From Candidatus Oxydemutatoraceae bacterium (lineage in GTDB: Bacteria > Pseudomonadota > Gammaproteobacteria > Poriferisulfidales > Oxydemutatoraceae): DNA of 64,000 nt. Of the stretch, positions 31,208 to 42,019 are shown one piece after another. How positions within the stretch are numbered: the stretch's first letter is position 1; each line of letters starts with the position of its first letter. Both the position numbers and the translations under genes were made by a program. The notes under the pieces are model-generated. The model was not told where the DNA came from. It did no database searches and saw only the letters and a list, made by a program, of their open reading frames with translations. The stretch lies in contig OZ244717.1 of the NCBI GenBank assembly GCA_965218975.1, positions 544,001-608,000 of the forward strand, read 5' to 3'.

Positions 31208-32769
31208 TGATTGTTCAGACCGCACGTTTCTTTCAAGTAAATATGACTTTGCTAAAGTATGGTTTGACCGATTTGCTTTTTAAGGTGTCACCGCCTTGGT
31301 TTGTGCGAGGGCCCCTTCATTTGCTACGGTTTTTAGTCAGAGGTTGGCGATATGACAAAGCGCCGCTGGCAGCGCGCATTCGTTTGGCATTGGAAAAATC
31401 CGGAACCATTTTTGTTAAGTTTGGTCAGACTTTGTCCACTCGCCGGGATTTATTACCCAAAGATATTGCTGATGAATTAGCCAAGCTGCAAGACAAAGTG
31501 TCACCGTTTGACGAGGAGCGCGCAAGGAATATTATTACAACTGCTTTGGGTCGACCGCCGGAGGAAGTGTTCTTATCATTTGATGAAAAACCGTTGGCCG
31601 CTGCTTCTATTGCGCAAGTACATGCGGCGATTTTGGAGGTCAACGGCAAAGATCAAGAAGTTGTCGTCAAAGTTCTGCGCCCGGATATTGATCGTCAAAT
31701 TCATTGCGACATTGCGCTGCTTTACTTGTTAGCAAAACTATTCGGCTGGATAAAACCGGCAGAGAGCAAACGTCTGCGCTTGATTGAAGTGATCGAAGAA
31801 TATGAAAAGACTATTTTAGGCGAGCTTGATCTGATGCGAGAGGCGGCGAACGCGAGTCAGTTGCGGCGCAATTTTGAAGGATCGCCTTTGCTTTATGTGC
31901 CGCAAGTTTATTGGCGCTATTGTCGTCGTGAAGTGATGGTGATGGAACGAATCCGAGGGGTGCCGATCAGCGATATCGAGCGACTTAAACAGGAACGAGT
32001 TGATCTGAAGAAATTATCCGAACGCGGAGTTGAAATTTTCTTTACTCAGGTATTTGAACACAATTTTTTTCATGCCGATATGCATCCTGGCAACCTCTTT
32101 ATAGAGATGAGCAATCCACAAAACCCAAAGTATTTAGGGGTTGATTTCGGTATTATGGGGACTTTGTCGGTTGATGATCAGCGATATTTGGCGGAGAATT
32201 TTTTAGCTTTCTTTCAAAGTAACTATCACCGGGTTGCCGAATTACATATTGAATCTGGATGGGTGCCTGAGGATACCCGTATGGATGAGCTTGAATCTGC
32301 GATCCGCACAGTTTGTGAACCGATCTTTCAGCGTCCTTTGAATGAAGTTTCGTTTGGTCAATTACTGGTTCGTTTATTTCGCATCGCCCGCGGGTTTAAT
32401 ATGCAAGTGCAACCCCAGCTGATTTTATTGCAAAAAACTTTGCTGAATATTGAAGGATTAGGACGGGAACTTTATCCCGATCTTGATTTATGGGAAACAG
32501 CGAAGCCGTTTTTGGAAAAATGGGTGTCGCAACGAACGGGACCGAAGTTTATTCTCTCCGAGTTACGGCAGTATCTGCCTCAGGCGTTGACGCAATTACC
32601 GCTTCTGCCGAAAATCCTAGTAGATCATTTTGAGCATTCGCATGAGATGCAACGCCGGACTGAAGCAAGCAATCGTGAGCTGTGTCAAACAATTAAACGT
32701 GCGCACCGCAATTTAATCATTGTTTTGCTATTTTTAGCTGCAGTCATTGTCGTCGTTTTTGTACTGTAG
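31207..32769 (+). CDS. ubiB: Ubiquinone biosynthesis kinase-like protein
   Basis: KFGQTLSTRRD, AASIAQVH, FFHADMHPGN, DFGI. Confidence 0.97.
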   Translation: MIVQTARFFQVNMTLLKYGLTDLLFKVSPPWFVRGPLHLLRFLVRGWRYDKAPLAARIRLALEKSGTIFVKFGQTLSTRRDLLPKDIADELAKLQDKVSPFDEERARNIITTALGRPPEEVFLSFDEKPLAAASIAQVHAAILEVNGKDQEVVVKVLRPDIDRQIHCDIALLYLLAKLFGWIKPAESKRLRLIEVIEEYEKTILGELDLMREAANASQLRRNFEGSPLLYVPQVYWRYCRREVMVMERIRGVPISDIERLKQERVDLKKLSERGVEIFFTQVFEHNFFHADMHPGNLFIEMSNPQNPKYLGVDFGIMGTLSVDDQRYLAENFLAFFQSNYHRVAELHIESGWVPEDTRMDELESAIRTVCEPIFQRPLNEVSFGQLLVRLFRIARGFNMQVQPQLILLQKTLLNIEGLGRELYPDLDLWETAKPFLEKWVSQRTGPKFILSELRQYLPQALTQLPLLPKILVDHFEHSHEMQRRTEASNRELCQTIKRAHRNLIIVLLFLAAVIVVVFVL

Positions 32770-32778
32770 CAGTGAACA

Positions 32779-34941
32779 ATGGATGTCTCGCCGATACTGG
32801 ATGCGTTAAATTGCGAACAACGTGATGCTGTCACTGCCTCAGCGCAACATGCACTGGTGCTTGCCGGTGCAGGCAGCGGCAAAACTCGCGTTTTGACGCA
32901 CCGCATTGCTTGGTTAGTTGAAACTCAGAAAGTTTCTCCTTTTGGGATTGTTGCCGTGACCTTTACCAATAAGGCGGCGAATGAGATGCGCATGCGTCTT
33001 GAATCTCTGCTTGAAACTCCGGTGCAAGGCATGTGGTTTGGTACTTTTCATGGACTGTGTTATCGCTTACTGCGCCGGCATTGGCAAGAAGCCGGTCTGA
33101 TGCAGAATTTTCAGATTATGGATACCCAAGACCAGCGTCGTCTCATCAAACGGATTCTGAAGAACTTGAATCTGGATGAAACGCAGTGGCAACCTAAGCA
33201 TGTGCAATGGTTTATTGAACAGTACAAGGATCAGGGAATACGGTCGCGGAATATACAAGAAAACGATGATATGGTGCAGCGCCAAATGATGAAAATTTAT
33301 GCGGAATACGAAAAAGTTTGTACGCAGTCGAGTTTAGTTGATTTTTCAGAGCTGTTGTTGCGCACAGTGGAATTATTGCGTGACAATAGCACATTGCAGC
33401 GGCTGTATCATGAACGATTCCGCTCTATTCTGGTTGATGAATTTCAAGATACGAACCGATTGCAATATGCTTGGATACGCAATCTTGCCGGCTGCGACAC
33501 TTCAATATTCGTTGTCGGGGACGACGATCAATCAATTTATAGTTGGCGTGGCGCATGTGCCGAAAATGTAAACAACTTCAACCGGGATTTTCCCACCGCA
33601 AAAATATACCGCTTAGAGCGTAATTATCGTTCAACACAAATAATTCTGTCTGTGGCTAATGCATTGATCCGACATAATCAAGGACGTCTTGGTAAGAATT
33701 TGTGGACGGATGAAAAGCAAGGAAATCCGATTCTATTTTTTGCGGCACATGATGAGCGAGAGGAAGCGAAGTTTACGGTCGCAAGAATTCAAGCGTGGAT
33801 TGAGTCGGGGAAACCAGGGAACCAAGCGGCAATTTTATATCGCTCCAATGCGCAATCGCGGGTTTTTGAAGAACAGCTGGGTGCGGAAAAAATTCCTTAC
33901 CGTGTTTATGGGGGAGTGCGCTTTTTTGAGCGTCTAGTCGTCAAAGATGTGTTGGCCTACTTACGGCTTGCGCAAAACTTCGCGGATGATCCGTCGTTTG
34001 AACGGATCATTAATATGCCGCCGCGAGGAATCGGGAACCGCACGATTGAGACTTTGCGCATGACCGCAAGGGAGCAAAACATCAGTTTATGGGCAGCAGG
34101 GTTACATTTGCAGAAAACGAACCAGCTATCCGCGCGAGCAACCAATGCGCTGGCAGACTTTTATCATTTAATAAACAAACTGAAAAGTAATACGGCTTTG
34201 TTGCTTGCCGAACAAATCGAGAATGTGATTGCTTGGTCGGGGTTGAGAGATCATTATGCTCGATTAAAAGATGAAAAATCTCAATCTAATATTGAAAATC
34301 TTGGTGAATTGGTTATCGCCGCCGAATCGTTTGAAAAAAATCAATTGGCGGATGAAGATTTGACTCCGCTTGAGGCATTTCTGATTTATACTGCCTTGGA
34401 GGCGGGAGAGCGATGGAGCGGATCACCGGATGATTGCGTGCAGTTAATGACTTTACATTCAGCAAAAGGGTTGGAATTTTCGTTAGTTTTTATGGTGGGT
34501 CTTGAAGAAGGACTATTCCCCCATGCTATGTCAATTGAAAATCCGGCCGGTTTGGAAGAAGAACGACGGCTATGTTATGTGGGGATTACACGTGCAAAGG
34601 AACAGCTAGTTATTAGTTACGCACAAACGCGACGACGTTATGGCGCTAAAGAAGTGCATAATCTGTCGTCACGATTCGTTTATGAGTTACCTTTGAAATT
34701 GATTAAAGAAGTCAGGCCGGAGTTACGTACAAGTCAAGCGATTTCATCAAAGAAAGTTACGCAAACATTTAGTACCAATAATGCGATTCATGTTGGTCAA
34801 ACAGTAAAACATAGCAAGTTCGGTCAAGGAATTGTCCTAGCATGTGAGGGCTCGGATGTCGGCGCACGCGCACAAGTGCGGTTTAAAAATGTCGGAACCA
34901 AATGGTTGGTTGTCGCTTATGCCAATTTGCGCGTCTGCTAA
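32779..34941 (+). CDS. uvrD: DNA helicase II
   Basis: AGAGSGKT, LVDEFQD, VGDDDQSIY, HSAKGLEF, EEERRLCYVGITRA. Confidence 0.97.
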   Translation: MDVSPILDALNCEQRDAVTASAQHALVLAGAGSGKTRVLTHRIAWLVETQKVSPFGIVAVTFTNKAANEMRMRLESLLETPVQGMWFGTFHGLCYRLLRRHWQEAGLMQNFQIMDTQDQRRLIKRILKNLNLDETQWQPKHVQWFIEQYKDQGIRSRNIQENDDMVQRQMMKIYAEYEKVCTQSSLVDFSELLLRTVELLRDNSTLQRLYHERFRSILVDEFQDTNRLQYAWIRNLAGCDTSIFVVGDDDQSIYSWRGACAENVNNFNRDFPTAKIYRLERNYRSTQIILSVANALIRHNQGRLGKNLWTDEKQGNPILFFAAHDEREEAKFTVARIQAWIESGKPGNQAAILYRSNAQSRVFEEQLGAEKIPYRVYGGVRFFERLVVKDVLAYLRLAQNFADDPSFERIINMPPRGIGNRTIETLRMTAREQNISLWAAGLHLQKTNQLSARATNALADFYHLINKLKSNTALLLAEQIENVIAWSGLRDHYARLKDEKSQSNIENLGELVIAAESFEKNQLADEDLTPLEAFLIYTALEAGERWSGSPDDCVQLMTLHSAKGLEFSLVFMVGLEEGLFPHAMSIENPAGLEEERRLCYVGITRAKEQLVISYAQTRRRYGAKEVHNLSSRFVYELPLKLIKEVRPELRTSQAISSKKVTQTFSTNNAIHVGQTVKHSKFGQGIVLACEGSDVGARAQVRFKNVGTKWLVVAYANLRVC

Positions 34942-35014
34942 TATTTTCTTTGCATAAAACGGTTACTTGGTCAATTTGCTATAATACCGTCATCCGTAAT
35001 AACATGTAGTCGTT

Positions 35015-36124
35015 ATGCGCCGCAGAGAGTTTTTCACTAAATTAGGTTCAGGTGTATTGGCGGGCGGCGCTTTGAGCGCGTGCGATCAGTCCCAGCCAAC
35101 TCGACCGAATCATCAGTCGAAAGCCGCTACGCATGTTTTCCAATGGAAGATGGTAACGACTTGGCCTAAGAATTTTCCGGTCATCGGCACGGGCGTTGAG
35201 CAATTTGCGCAATGGGTTGACGAGATGTCAGGCGGACGGTTAAAGATTAAAGTGTATGCGAGCGGTGAATTAGTTCCGGCATTTGAGTGTTTGGATGCGG
35301 TATCCGATGGTGCGGTGCAAATGGGGCATGGCGCATCTTATTATTGGCAAGGGAAAAATCCCGCACTACAGTTTTTTTCTTCGGTTCCGTTCGGAATGAA
35401 TCCTTTGCAGATGAATGCTTGGCTATATTATGGCGGGGGGCTCCGTTTGTGGACGGAAGCCTATACGCCTTTTGATGTCATTCCGATACCGGCAGGAAAT
35501 ACCGGAGTGCAAATGGCGGGATGGTTTAATCGCGAGATTAATGGGGTTGATGATTTCAAAGGCTTGAAAATGCGCATTCCCGGATTGGGGGGCAAAGTGT
35601 TAAAGCGTATGGGAGGCACTCCTGTTACCTTACCGGGTGGCGAATTATTGACTGCCATGCAAACGCGAGTAATCGATGCGGTTGAATGGATTAATCCTTA
35701 TTCGGACTTTGCTTTTGGTCTGCATAAAGTTGCAAAATATTATTATTATCCGGGTTGGCACGAGCCCGGTACCACATTGGAATGTATTGTCAATCGTAAG
35801 GCGATGGAGTCTTTACCTAGAGATTTGCGGCGGATTATTTTGACTGCGACGAGAATGATGAACACTGGGATGGTTGCCGAATATGTGGCAAAAAACAAAG
35901 ACGCGATCAGGAGAATAAAAAATTTACCCGAAGTCCGACTGCGACGCTTATCCGACGAAATTTTGGCTGAATTACGTGATATTTCCGAGCAAGTAGTTGA
36001 GGAGCTGGCGCAGGATAGCGATTTTTCTCGCAGAATTTATGATTCTTATGTACAATTTATGCAGCAAACACAAGTTTGGCTTGATGTTTCAGACCATGCA
36101 TATTATTCAATATCAATGTCATAA
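35015..36124 (+). CDS. TRAP transporter substrate-binding protein (DctP family, Tat/lipoprotein signal)
   Basis: MRRREFF...LSAC, WKMVTTWP, GLKMRIPG, YYYPGWHEPG. Confidence 0.93.
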   Translation: MRRREFFTKLGSGVLAGGALSACDQSQPTRPNHQSKAATHVFQWKMVTTWPKNFPVIGTGVEQFAQWVDEMSGGRLKIKVYASGELVPAFECLDAVSDGAVQMGHGASYYWQGKNPALQFFSSVPFGMNPLQMNAWLYYGGGLRLWTEAYTPFDVIPIPAGNTGVQMAGWFNREINGVDDFKGLKMRIPGLGGKVLKRMGGTPVTLPGGELLTAMQTRVIDAVEWINPYSDFAFGLHKVAKYYYYPGWHEPGTTLECIVNRKAMESLPRDLRRIILTATRMMNTGMVAEYVAKNKDAIRRIKNLPEVRLRRLSDEILAELRDISEQVVEELAQDSDFSRRIYDSYVQFMQQTQVWLDVSDHAYYSISMS

Positions 36125-36157
36125 CATCAATGCGCTAAACGAAGGAAGGGAAACTCA

Positions 36158-36370
36158 ATGAGTATAATTTTTGATCTTGATATCGGCACACTGGCATTTT
36201 TCGTGTTTAGTTTTTTAGTCGGCATTATCGTTGCGATTCAAGCAATCTTTTTTAGTCGCAAAGAAACTAAAATGCACCGATTAGTACGCGGCGTTGTCGG
36301 TGTTGCCTATCTTGTCATCACAACGGCTGCGTTTCAACAGCTGCAAGTCGTTGATGTGATGGCAAAGTAG
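36158..36370 (+). CDS. Small 2-TM hypothetical protein
   Basis: Purine-rich RBS; 70 aa with two hydrophobic helices. Confidence 0.55.
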   Translation: MSIIFDLDIGTLAFFVFSFLVGIIVAIQAIFFSRKETKMHRLVRGVVGVAYLVITTAAFQQLQVVDVMAK

Positions 36371-36376
36371 CAAATA

Positions 36377-37744
36377 CTACTCCGAGAAAAGTAAGTTCGG
36401 TAACCAAGTTGCTGTCATGGGGAACAGCGCGAGTAGTGTCAGCATTAACAACTGCAGAGCGATGAACGGTGTTACACCGGCATAGATTTGACCGGTTGTA
36501 ATTGACTTGGGTGCAATACCGCGCAGATAGAAGAGAGAAAAGCCGAACGGAGGGGTAAGAAAAGAAGTCTGCAAATTAATTGCAATCATAATTCCTAACC
36601 AAATGGGGTCAAGTCCGAGCATTAGCAATATTGGCGCGACAATCGGGACGATAATCAAGGTAATTTCAATAAAATCCAAGAAAAATCCCATAGCGAATAT
36701 TACTAGCATCACAACAATGACTTTAGCTCCGGTTCCGCCCGGAAGTTGGGATAATGCCTGATGTACAAGTTCATCACCGCCAAAACCTCGAAAGCTCATA
36801 GAGAAAAGTGATGCGCCTATCAAAATCATAAAAACCATACAGGTAATACGGGTTGAAGAAATGACGATTTTACGTAAATTTACTAGATTCATACTGCGGT
36901 TTAATGCGCTAAGGATTAGGACGCCGACTGCGCCGATTGCTGCCGCTTCCGTCGGTGTCGCCACCCCGAAGAGGATGGCCCCCAACACTGCCGCCATCAG
37001 AAATAGAGGCGCGAACAAGGCCTTGCTTAAATTTTTCCAATCAATCGTTTGCCGAGGTGCAATTCGTGATGCGGGGACCCATTGTGGCTGAAAAATAGCG
37101 ACGGCAATTAGGTAAGTTGAATATAACACGACAAGTAGCAGCCCCGGAATCAGCGCACCGGCAAAAAGATCAATCACTGAAACCGATTTCGGAGAAAAAA
37201 TGCCTTGACTGGTTTGAGCAATTTGATAGGAAGATGAAATTACATCGCCGAGTAACACTAGTATGATCGAAGGCGGGATAATTTGCCCTAGAGTGCCTGT
37301 GGCACAAATTGTGCCGCAGGCAATGCGCGGATCGTAATTATTTTTTAGCATGGACGGTAGTGCGATTAATCCCATTGATACTACAGTTGCGCCGACAATC
37401 CCGGTGCTTGCGGCAAGCAGTGTTCCGATAAGCACTACAGCGAAACCAAGATTTCCACGAACTTTAGGGAATAGATAAGAGATTTGGCTGAGCAAGTTTT
37501 CAGCGATACGGCTATGCTGCAACGTAACACCCATAAATATAAATAATGGGACTGCAATCAATGTGCCGTTCGTCATAATTCCGTACAAACGTCCGCTGAT
37601 AAGGTGCAAAAATGACGCATCGATTGTACCGCTTAGTATTCCGACAAAAGCAAACAGTAAAGCGGTGCCTGCCAGCACAAAGGCGACGGGAAATCCGCTG
37701 AGGATCAAACCGATAGCAACGATAAATAAAATGACCGCCATGCT
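36377..37744 (-). CDS. TRAP transporter large permease (DctM)
   Basis: GFPVAF, AVPLFIFMG, GTLGQIIPPS, ATPTEAAA, LTPPFG. Start approximate. Confidence 0.94.
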   Translation of the reverse strand, partial: SMAVILFIVAIGLILSGFPVAFVLAGTALLFAFVGILSGTIDASFLHLISGRLYGIMTNGTLIAVPLFIFMGVTLQHSRIAENLLSQISYLFPKVRGNLGFAVVLIGTLLAASTGIVGATVVSMGLIALPSMLKNNYDPRIACGTICATGTLGQIIPPSIILVLLGDVISSSYQIAQTSQGIFSPKSVSVIDLFAGALIPGLLLVVLYSTYLIAVAIFQPQWVPASRIAPRQTIDWKNLSKALFAPLFLMAAVLGAILFGVATPTEAAAIGAVGVLILSALNRSMNLVNLRKIVISSTRITCMVFMILIGASLFSMSFRGFGGDELVHQALSQLPGGTGAKVIVVMLVIFAMGFFLDFIEITLIIVPIVAPILLMLGLDPIWLGIMIAINLQTSFLTPPFGFSLFYLRGIAPKSITTGQIYAGVTPFIALQLLMLTLLALFPMTATWLPNLLFSE

Positions 37745-38289
37745 TAATTTACATGGTTTGAAGAAGGACCGCGGTAGCAAAGAGTGCGAAGATTGTGCGC
37801 AATGTCGGCGATACTTTGTGTTAGTAACAATATTGCCATCAAAGGAATAAAGGTCTTTAAGATAAATACGAATGGCAGGCCGCCTGCCTCAAGAGATTTT
37901 TCCATCAACTGCCATGAACGTAGCGTATAATTGGCGCTGATGATAATGATCGTTATGCTAAAAGGCAGCACTAAAAATATATGGCCTAATAAATTGACCT
38001 TGGCGCGCGTTACCTCTGAAAACTTTGCATAGAAAATATCAATGCGCACGTGCTGTTCGCAGCGCAAGGTATATCCCATGCAGGCCATTACAATTATTGC
38101 GTGCAAATAGGTGGTGATTTCCTGCATCCAGATTACGCCGAAGTTTAGGCTATAGCGCAAAGCTGCCACGATGAATGTGACAATGATCAACGGCAGAAAT
38201 AGCCATGAGATGATATGACCGATATAGTCGGATACCCGACCCAATTTTTTTTCAAGGTTTATTAGAAATGTCGTTATTGATTTTGACAT
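37744..38289 (-). CDS. TRAP transporter small permease (DctQ)
   Basis: Four TM segments, HVRIDIFY. Confidence 0.9.
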   Translation of the reverse strand: MSKSITTFLINLEKKLGRVSDYIGHIISWLFLPLIIVTFIVAALRYSLNFGVIWMQEITTYLHAIIVMACMGYTLRCEQHVRIDIFYAKFSEVTRAKVNLLGHIFLVLPFSITIIIISANYTLRSWQLMEKSLEAGGLPFVFILKTFIPLMAILLLTQSIADIAHNLRTLCYRGPSSNHVN

Positions 38290-39221
38290 AAAGAAGGTGC
38301 TTCCCGGATACGTTGATACAAGATGTTTTTAATAAAATTCGGGTCTTTGGTATGAGTGATGTGTCCGCGTCGCGGAAAATGTTTGTCGTACAGGCGGGAC
38401 AGCCAGAAACGTAACGCAGCGTGACGTAATGCATTTTGCCATTGTAACTGCTCATTTTTGTTGAAAGTGCGGAGTTGTTGATATGCAGCTATAAACGCAT
38501 GATATTTTTTTAAATCAAATCTTCCATCAGGTTTGACACACCAGTCGTTGACAGTAATTGCGATGTCATAGATAAATTTATCGTTACAGGCATAATAAAA
38601 ATCAATTAACCCGGTTAATCGACCATGCTCGAATAACACATTATCGCGGAATAAATCGGCATGGATTGTACCCGCGGGAATGTCTGTCAAAGGATAATCA
38701 TTATGGTGCCGGAGCTCTCTATCAAGCAAGTCTGCGTCTTCCAAATTCAAGCATGATCGCACTCGTGCGTTAATGTCGCGACACCAAGCGAGCCCGCGCT
38801 GATTGGCACGTTGATGCTTGAAATTGCTAGCGGTAAGATGTACCGTTGCCAACATGCGGCCAAGCATATAGCATTGCTCAACAGTTGCTGTGCGGATAGT
38901 TTGTCCGCTTAACCGGGTGATTAAAACCGAAGGTTTGCCGCGCAGTTCTTGCAAGTAATTTCTTTGCTTGTCGGGGACCGGGGTCGGGACCGGAAGATTG
39001 GCATCCGAGATGTACGCCATGAGCTTTAGAAAATAAGGAAGATTATCGGAACTTTGCTGCTCAAAAATCGTTAGGACGAATTGTCCTTTGGTTGTATCTA
39101 CGAAGTAATTGGTATTCTCAATACCCTCATTGATACCGTGATAGGCAAGCAGGGCGCCGACCGAGTAACATTCCAAAAAATCATGCATTTCTGCTTCCTC
39201 AATTGAAGTATAGACGGACAT
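38274..39221 (-). CDS. thrB: Homoserine kinase type II (APH fold)
   Basis: MSVYT, GIENTNYF, IHADLFRDN, IDFYYAC, ALRFWLSRL. Confidence 0.95.
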   Translation of the reverse strand: MSVYTSIEEAEMHDFLECYSVGALLAYHGINEGIENTNYFVDTTKGQFVLTIFEQQSSDNLPYFLKLMAYISDANLPVPTPVPDKQRNYLQELRGKPSVLITRLSGQTIRTATVEQCYMLGRMLATVHLTASNFKHQRANQRGLAWCRDINARVRSCLNLEDADLLDRELRHHNDYPLTDIPAGTIHADLFRDNVLFEHGRLTGLIDFYYACNDKFIYDIAITVNDWCVKPDGRFDLKKYHAFIAAYQQLRTFNKNEQLQWQNALRHAALRFWLSRLYDKHFPRRGHITHTKDPNFIKNILYQRIREAPSLCQNQ

Positions 39222-39289
39222 GTGAATATCAAGAGTTTAAGAAATGTGCAATACTAACAAACTTTGCGCGGACTATAGTGTTTTTTGAT

Positions 39290-41986
39290 ATGGCTGAGAA
39301 GAAAAAATTAGTTTTAGTGGATGGTTCAGGCTATTTGTTCAGAGCATTTTACGCCGTTCCGCCGCTAACTGCCCCTGACGGTCGACCGACCGGAGTAATT
39401 TATGGCGTAATTAACATGTTGCGCCGGTTATTAAAAGAAGAGAAACCGGATAATTTTCTGGTAGTTTTTGATGCAAAAGGCGAAACATTCCGACATCGAA
39501 TGTATCCTCAATATAAAGCAAATCGTCCGCCGAATCCGAAAGAATTGCAGGTGCAAGTTCAGCCCTTGCTTGAATTGGTCATGAAATTAGGTTATCCGAT
39601 GCTGCAAGTTGAGGATTTTGAAGCGGATGATGTGATAGGCACTTTGGCGGTATCCGCGCCGGAAAAAAATTATAAAGTTATTGTTGCGACATGCGACAAA
39701 GATTTCGCGCAAATCGTAACGGAGGACATCATTTTATTTGACCCGATGAAAAGGCAGTTTTTGCGTCGTGAGTCAGTTAAAGAAAAAATGGGCATATTTC
39801 CCGAACAAGTGGTTGATTACCTCGCTTTGATGGGGGATAAGTCTGATAATGTTCCCGGAGTAGAGGGTGTCGGACCGAAAACTGCGATACGTTGGCTGAA
39901 GGAGTACTCAACACTTGAACAGCTTTTGGAGCATGCGGAGAAAATCAAAGGAAAAGTGGGTGAAAAGTTACGCGCGAGCCGAAAAGATTTGGCCTTGTAT
40001 CGCAAACTAGTGACAATTAACCGCGCAGTGCCTTTGAATGTTGGGATTAGTGATTTAAAAATGAGCGCACCGGATTTGCCGGCGTTACATGAGATATATG
40101 CGGCACTTGGTTTCCGGAGTTTGCTCAACGAAATTGAAAACTTATCTGCCGAAGGAGAGAGTGCTCCGCAGCAGCCGGAAGGAGCGGACTATCAACTTAT
40201 TTTAGACGATAAAGTTTTCCGGGAATGGTTAGACCGTTTAAAAGCAACCGAACTATTTGCTTTTGATATTGAAACCGTCGGTGATAATTATATGCAAGCT
40301 GAAATTGTCGGCATGGCTTTTGCAACCACGCCGAAGGTGGCGGCTTACTTGCCGGTCGCGCATGATTATGGCGGGATGCCCGTACAATTATCGCGTGAAA
40401 AAACCTTGGATGCGCTACGTGATTTATTACAAGATGAACAAGCAAAAAAAGTGGGCCATCATCTGCAATATGCTCGTAATGTGCTGTTTCATCACGGTAT
40501 AAACCTGCGCGGCGTTGTACATGATATAATGCTGCAGTCTTATGTGCTGAATTCAGCGACAGGCAATCACGATTTAATCTCATTATGTCGGCAGCATCTT
40601 TCCTGCTATCCACCTGTATGGGAAGAGATTGAGAAGAGTATGAAGAAGCAGCCGATCAGTCAAATGGATGTTGCGGCAATATGTCGGTATTCTGCCGGGA
40701 AAACAAGTGTTTATATAAGTTTGTATCAAACGCTGAATAAGAAGTTGAAACTTTGCGAGCGCTTATTAAAGTTTTATCAAGAAACCGAGTTGCCGATGCT
40801 GTACGTGCTTTCGGATATAGAGCGGAAAGGAGTTTGTTTGGACACTAATCTCTTAACTAAGCAAGATAAACATTTGACCGAACGAATCCGTCAAATTAAG
40901 CGGCAGATTTACGCTGTATCCGGTTATGAATTTAATCTTGATTCGCCGACGCAAATACGACAAATATTATTTATTGATCAGGGTTTACCCGTGATTAAAA
41001 AGACTAAGAAAGGCGAGCCGTCGACCGACGAGGAAGTGTTAAATCAGCTGGCTGAAACATATCGTTTCCCGCAATTAATTTTACGGTATAGGTCGCTGAG
41101 TAAGCTGCAATCTACTTACACGCGGAAATTACCTCAGGCGGTGAATCCAATAACACAGCGTATTCATACCTCGTATCACCAAGCGGTAACTGTCACCGGT
41201 CGACTTTCTTCATCAAGCCCGAATCTACAAAATATTCCGATTCGTACTGTGGAAGGAAGGCAAATACGTAAAGCTTTTGTCGCAGCTGAAGGTTATAGCC
41301 AAATTGCGGCGGATTATTCCCAAATTGAACTGCGTTTGATGGCACATATTTCTCAAGATAAGAATTTATGTGCGGCTTTTCATCATGGGGATGATGTGCA
41401 TAAACTTACCGCCTCTGAAGTGTTTGGGATACCTATTCAACAAGTGACAGAAACGGAGCGACGTGATGCAAAGGCAATTAATTTTGGTTTGATTTATGGA
41501 ATGCAGGCTTTTGGGCTTGCCAAACAACTTGGGGTTAGCAGGGTGCAGGCAAAAGAATATTTGGAGGCGTATTTTGAGCGCTATCCTAAGGTGCGGCAAT
41601 ACATGTCCGATATAAAAGAGTCGGCACGCCGGAAAGGGTATGTTGAGACTTTATTCGGTAGACGCCTGTATTTACCCGCAATGAAGTCACGTCATGCGCC
41701 GACGCGTCAATATGCCGAACGGACTGCAATCAATGCACCGATGCAAGGCAGCGCTGCGGATATCATAAAACGTGCGATGGTCGGTTTATATCGAAGATTT
41801 GACGAAATGCGAATTGATGCTGCAATAATTATGCAGGTGCATGATGAATTGATTATTGAAGCCAAAGAATCCGATGCCGATGATATCGTGATGGAGTGCC
41901 GGCGTATTATGTCTACCGCCGCTCATTTGATAGTACCGCTTGAAGTGGATATTGGTGTTGGGGCAAATTGGGACGAGGCACATTGA
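39290..41986 (+). CDS. polA: DNA polymerase I
   Basis: LVDGSGYLFRAF, EADDVIG, DYSQIELR, KAINFGLIYG, QVHDEL. Confidence 0.98.
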   Translation: MAEKKKLVLVDGSGYLFRAFYAVPPLTAPDGRPTGVIYGVINMLRRLLKEEKPDNFLVVFDAKGETFRHRMYPQYKANRPPNPKELQVQVQPLLELVMKLGYPMLQVEDFEADDVIGTLAVSAPEKNYKVIVATCDKDFAQIVTEDIILFDPMKRQFLRRESVKEKMGIFPEQVVDYLALMGDKSDNVPGVEGVGPKTAIRWLKEYSTLEQLLEHAEKIKGKVGEKLRASRKDLALYRKLVTINRAVPLNVGISDLKMSAPDLPALHEIYAALGFRSLLNEIENLSAEGESAPQQPEGADYQLILDDKVFREWLDRLKATELFAFDIETVGDNYMQAEIVGMAFATTPKVAAYLPVAHDYGGMPVQLSREKTLDALRDLLQDEQAKKVGHHLQYARNVLFHHGINLRGVVHDIMLQSYVLNSATGNHDLISLCRQHLSCYPPVWEEIEKSMKKQPISQMDVAAICRYSAGKTSVYISLYQTLNKKLKLCERLLKFYQETELPMLYVLSDIERKGVCLDTNLLTKQDKHLTERIRQIKRQIYAVSGYEFNLDSPTQIRQILFIDQGLPVIKKTKKGEPSTDEEVLNQLAETYRFPQLILRYRSLSKLQSTYTRKLPQAVNPITQRIHTSYHQAVTVTGRLSSSSPNLQNIPIRTVEGRQIRKAFVAAEGYSQIAADYSQIELRLMAHISQDKNLCAAFHHGDDVHKLTASEVFGIPIQQVTETERRDAKAINFGLIYGMQAFGLAKQLGVSRVQAKEYLEAYFERYPKVRQYMSDIKESARRKGYVETLFGRRLYLPAMKSRHAPTRQYAERTAINAPMQGSAADIIKRAMVGLYRRFDEMRIDAAIIMQVHDELIIEAKESDADDIVMECRRIMSTAAHLIVPLEVDIGVGANWDEAH

Positions 41987-42019
41987 TTGTCGGGTATTGC
42001 AAGCTAAGATCTTTTACAG

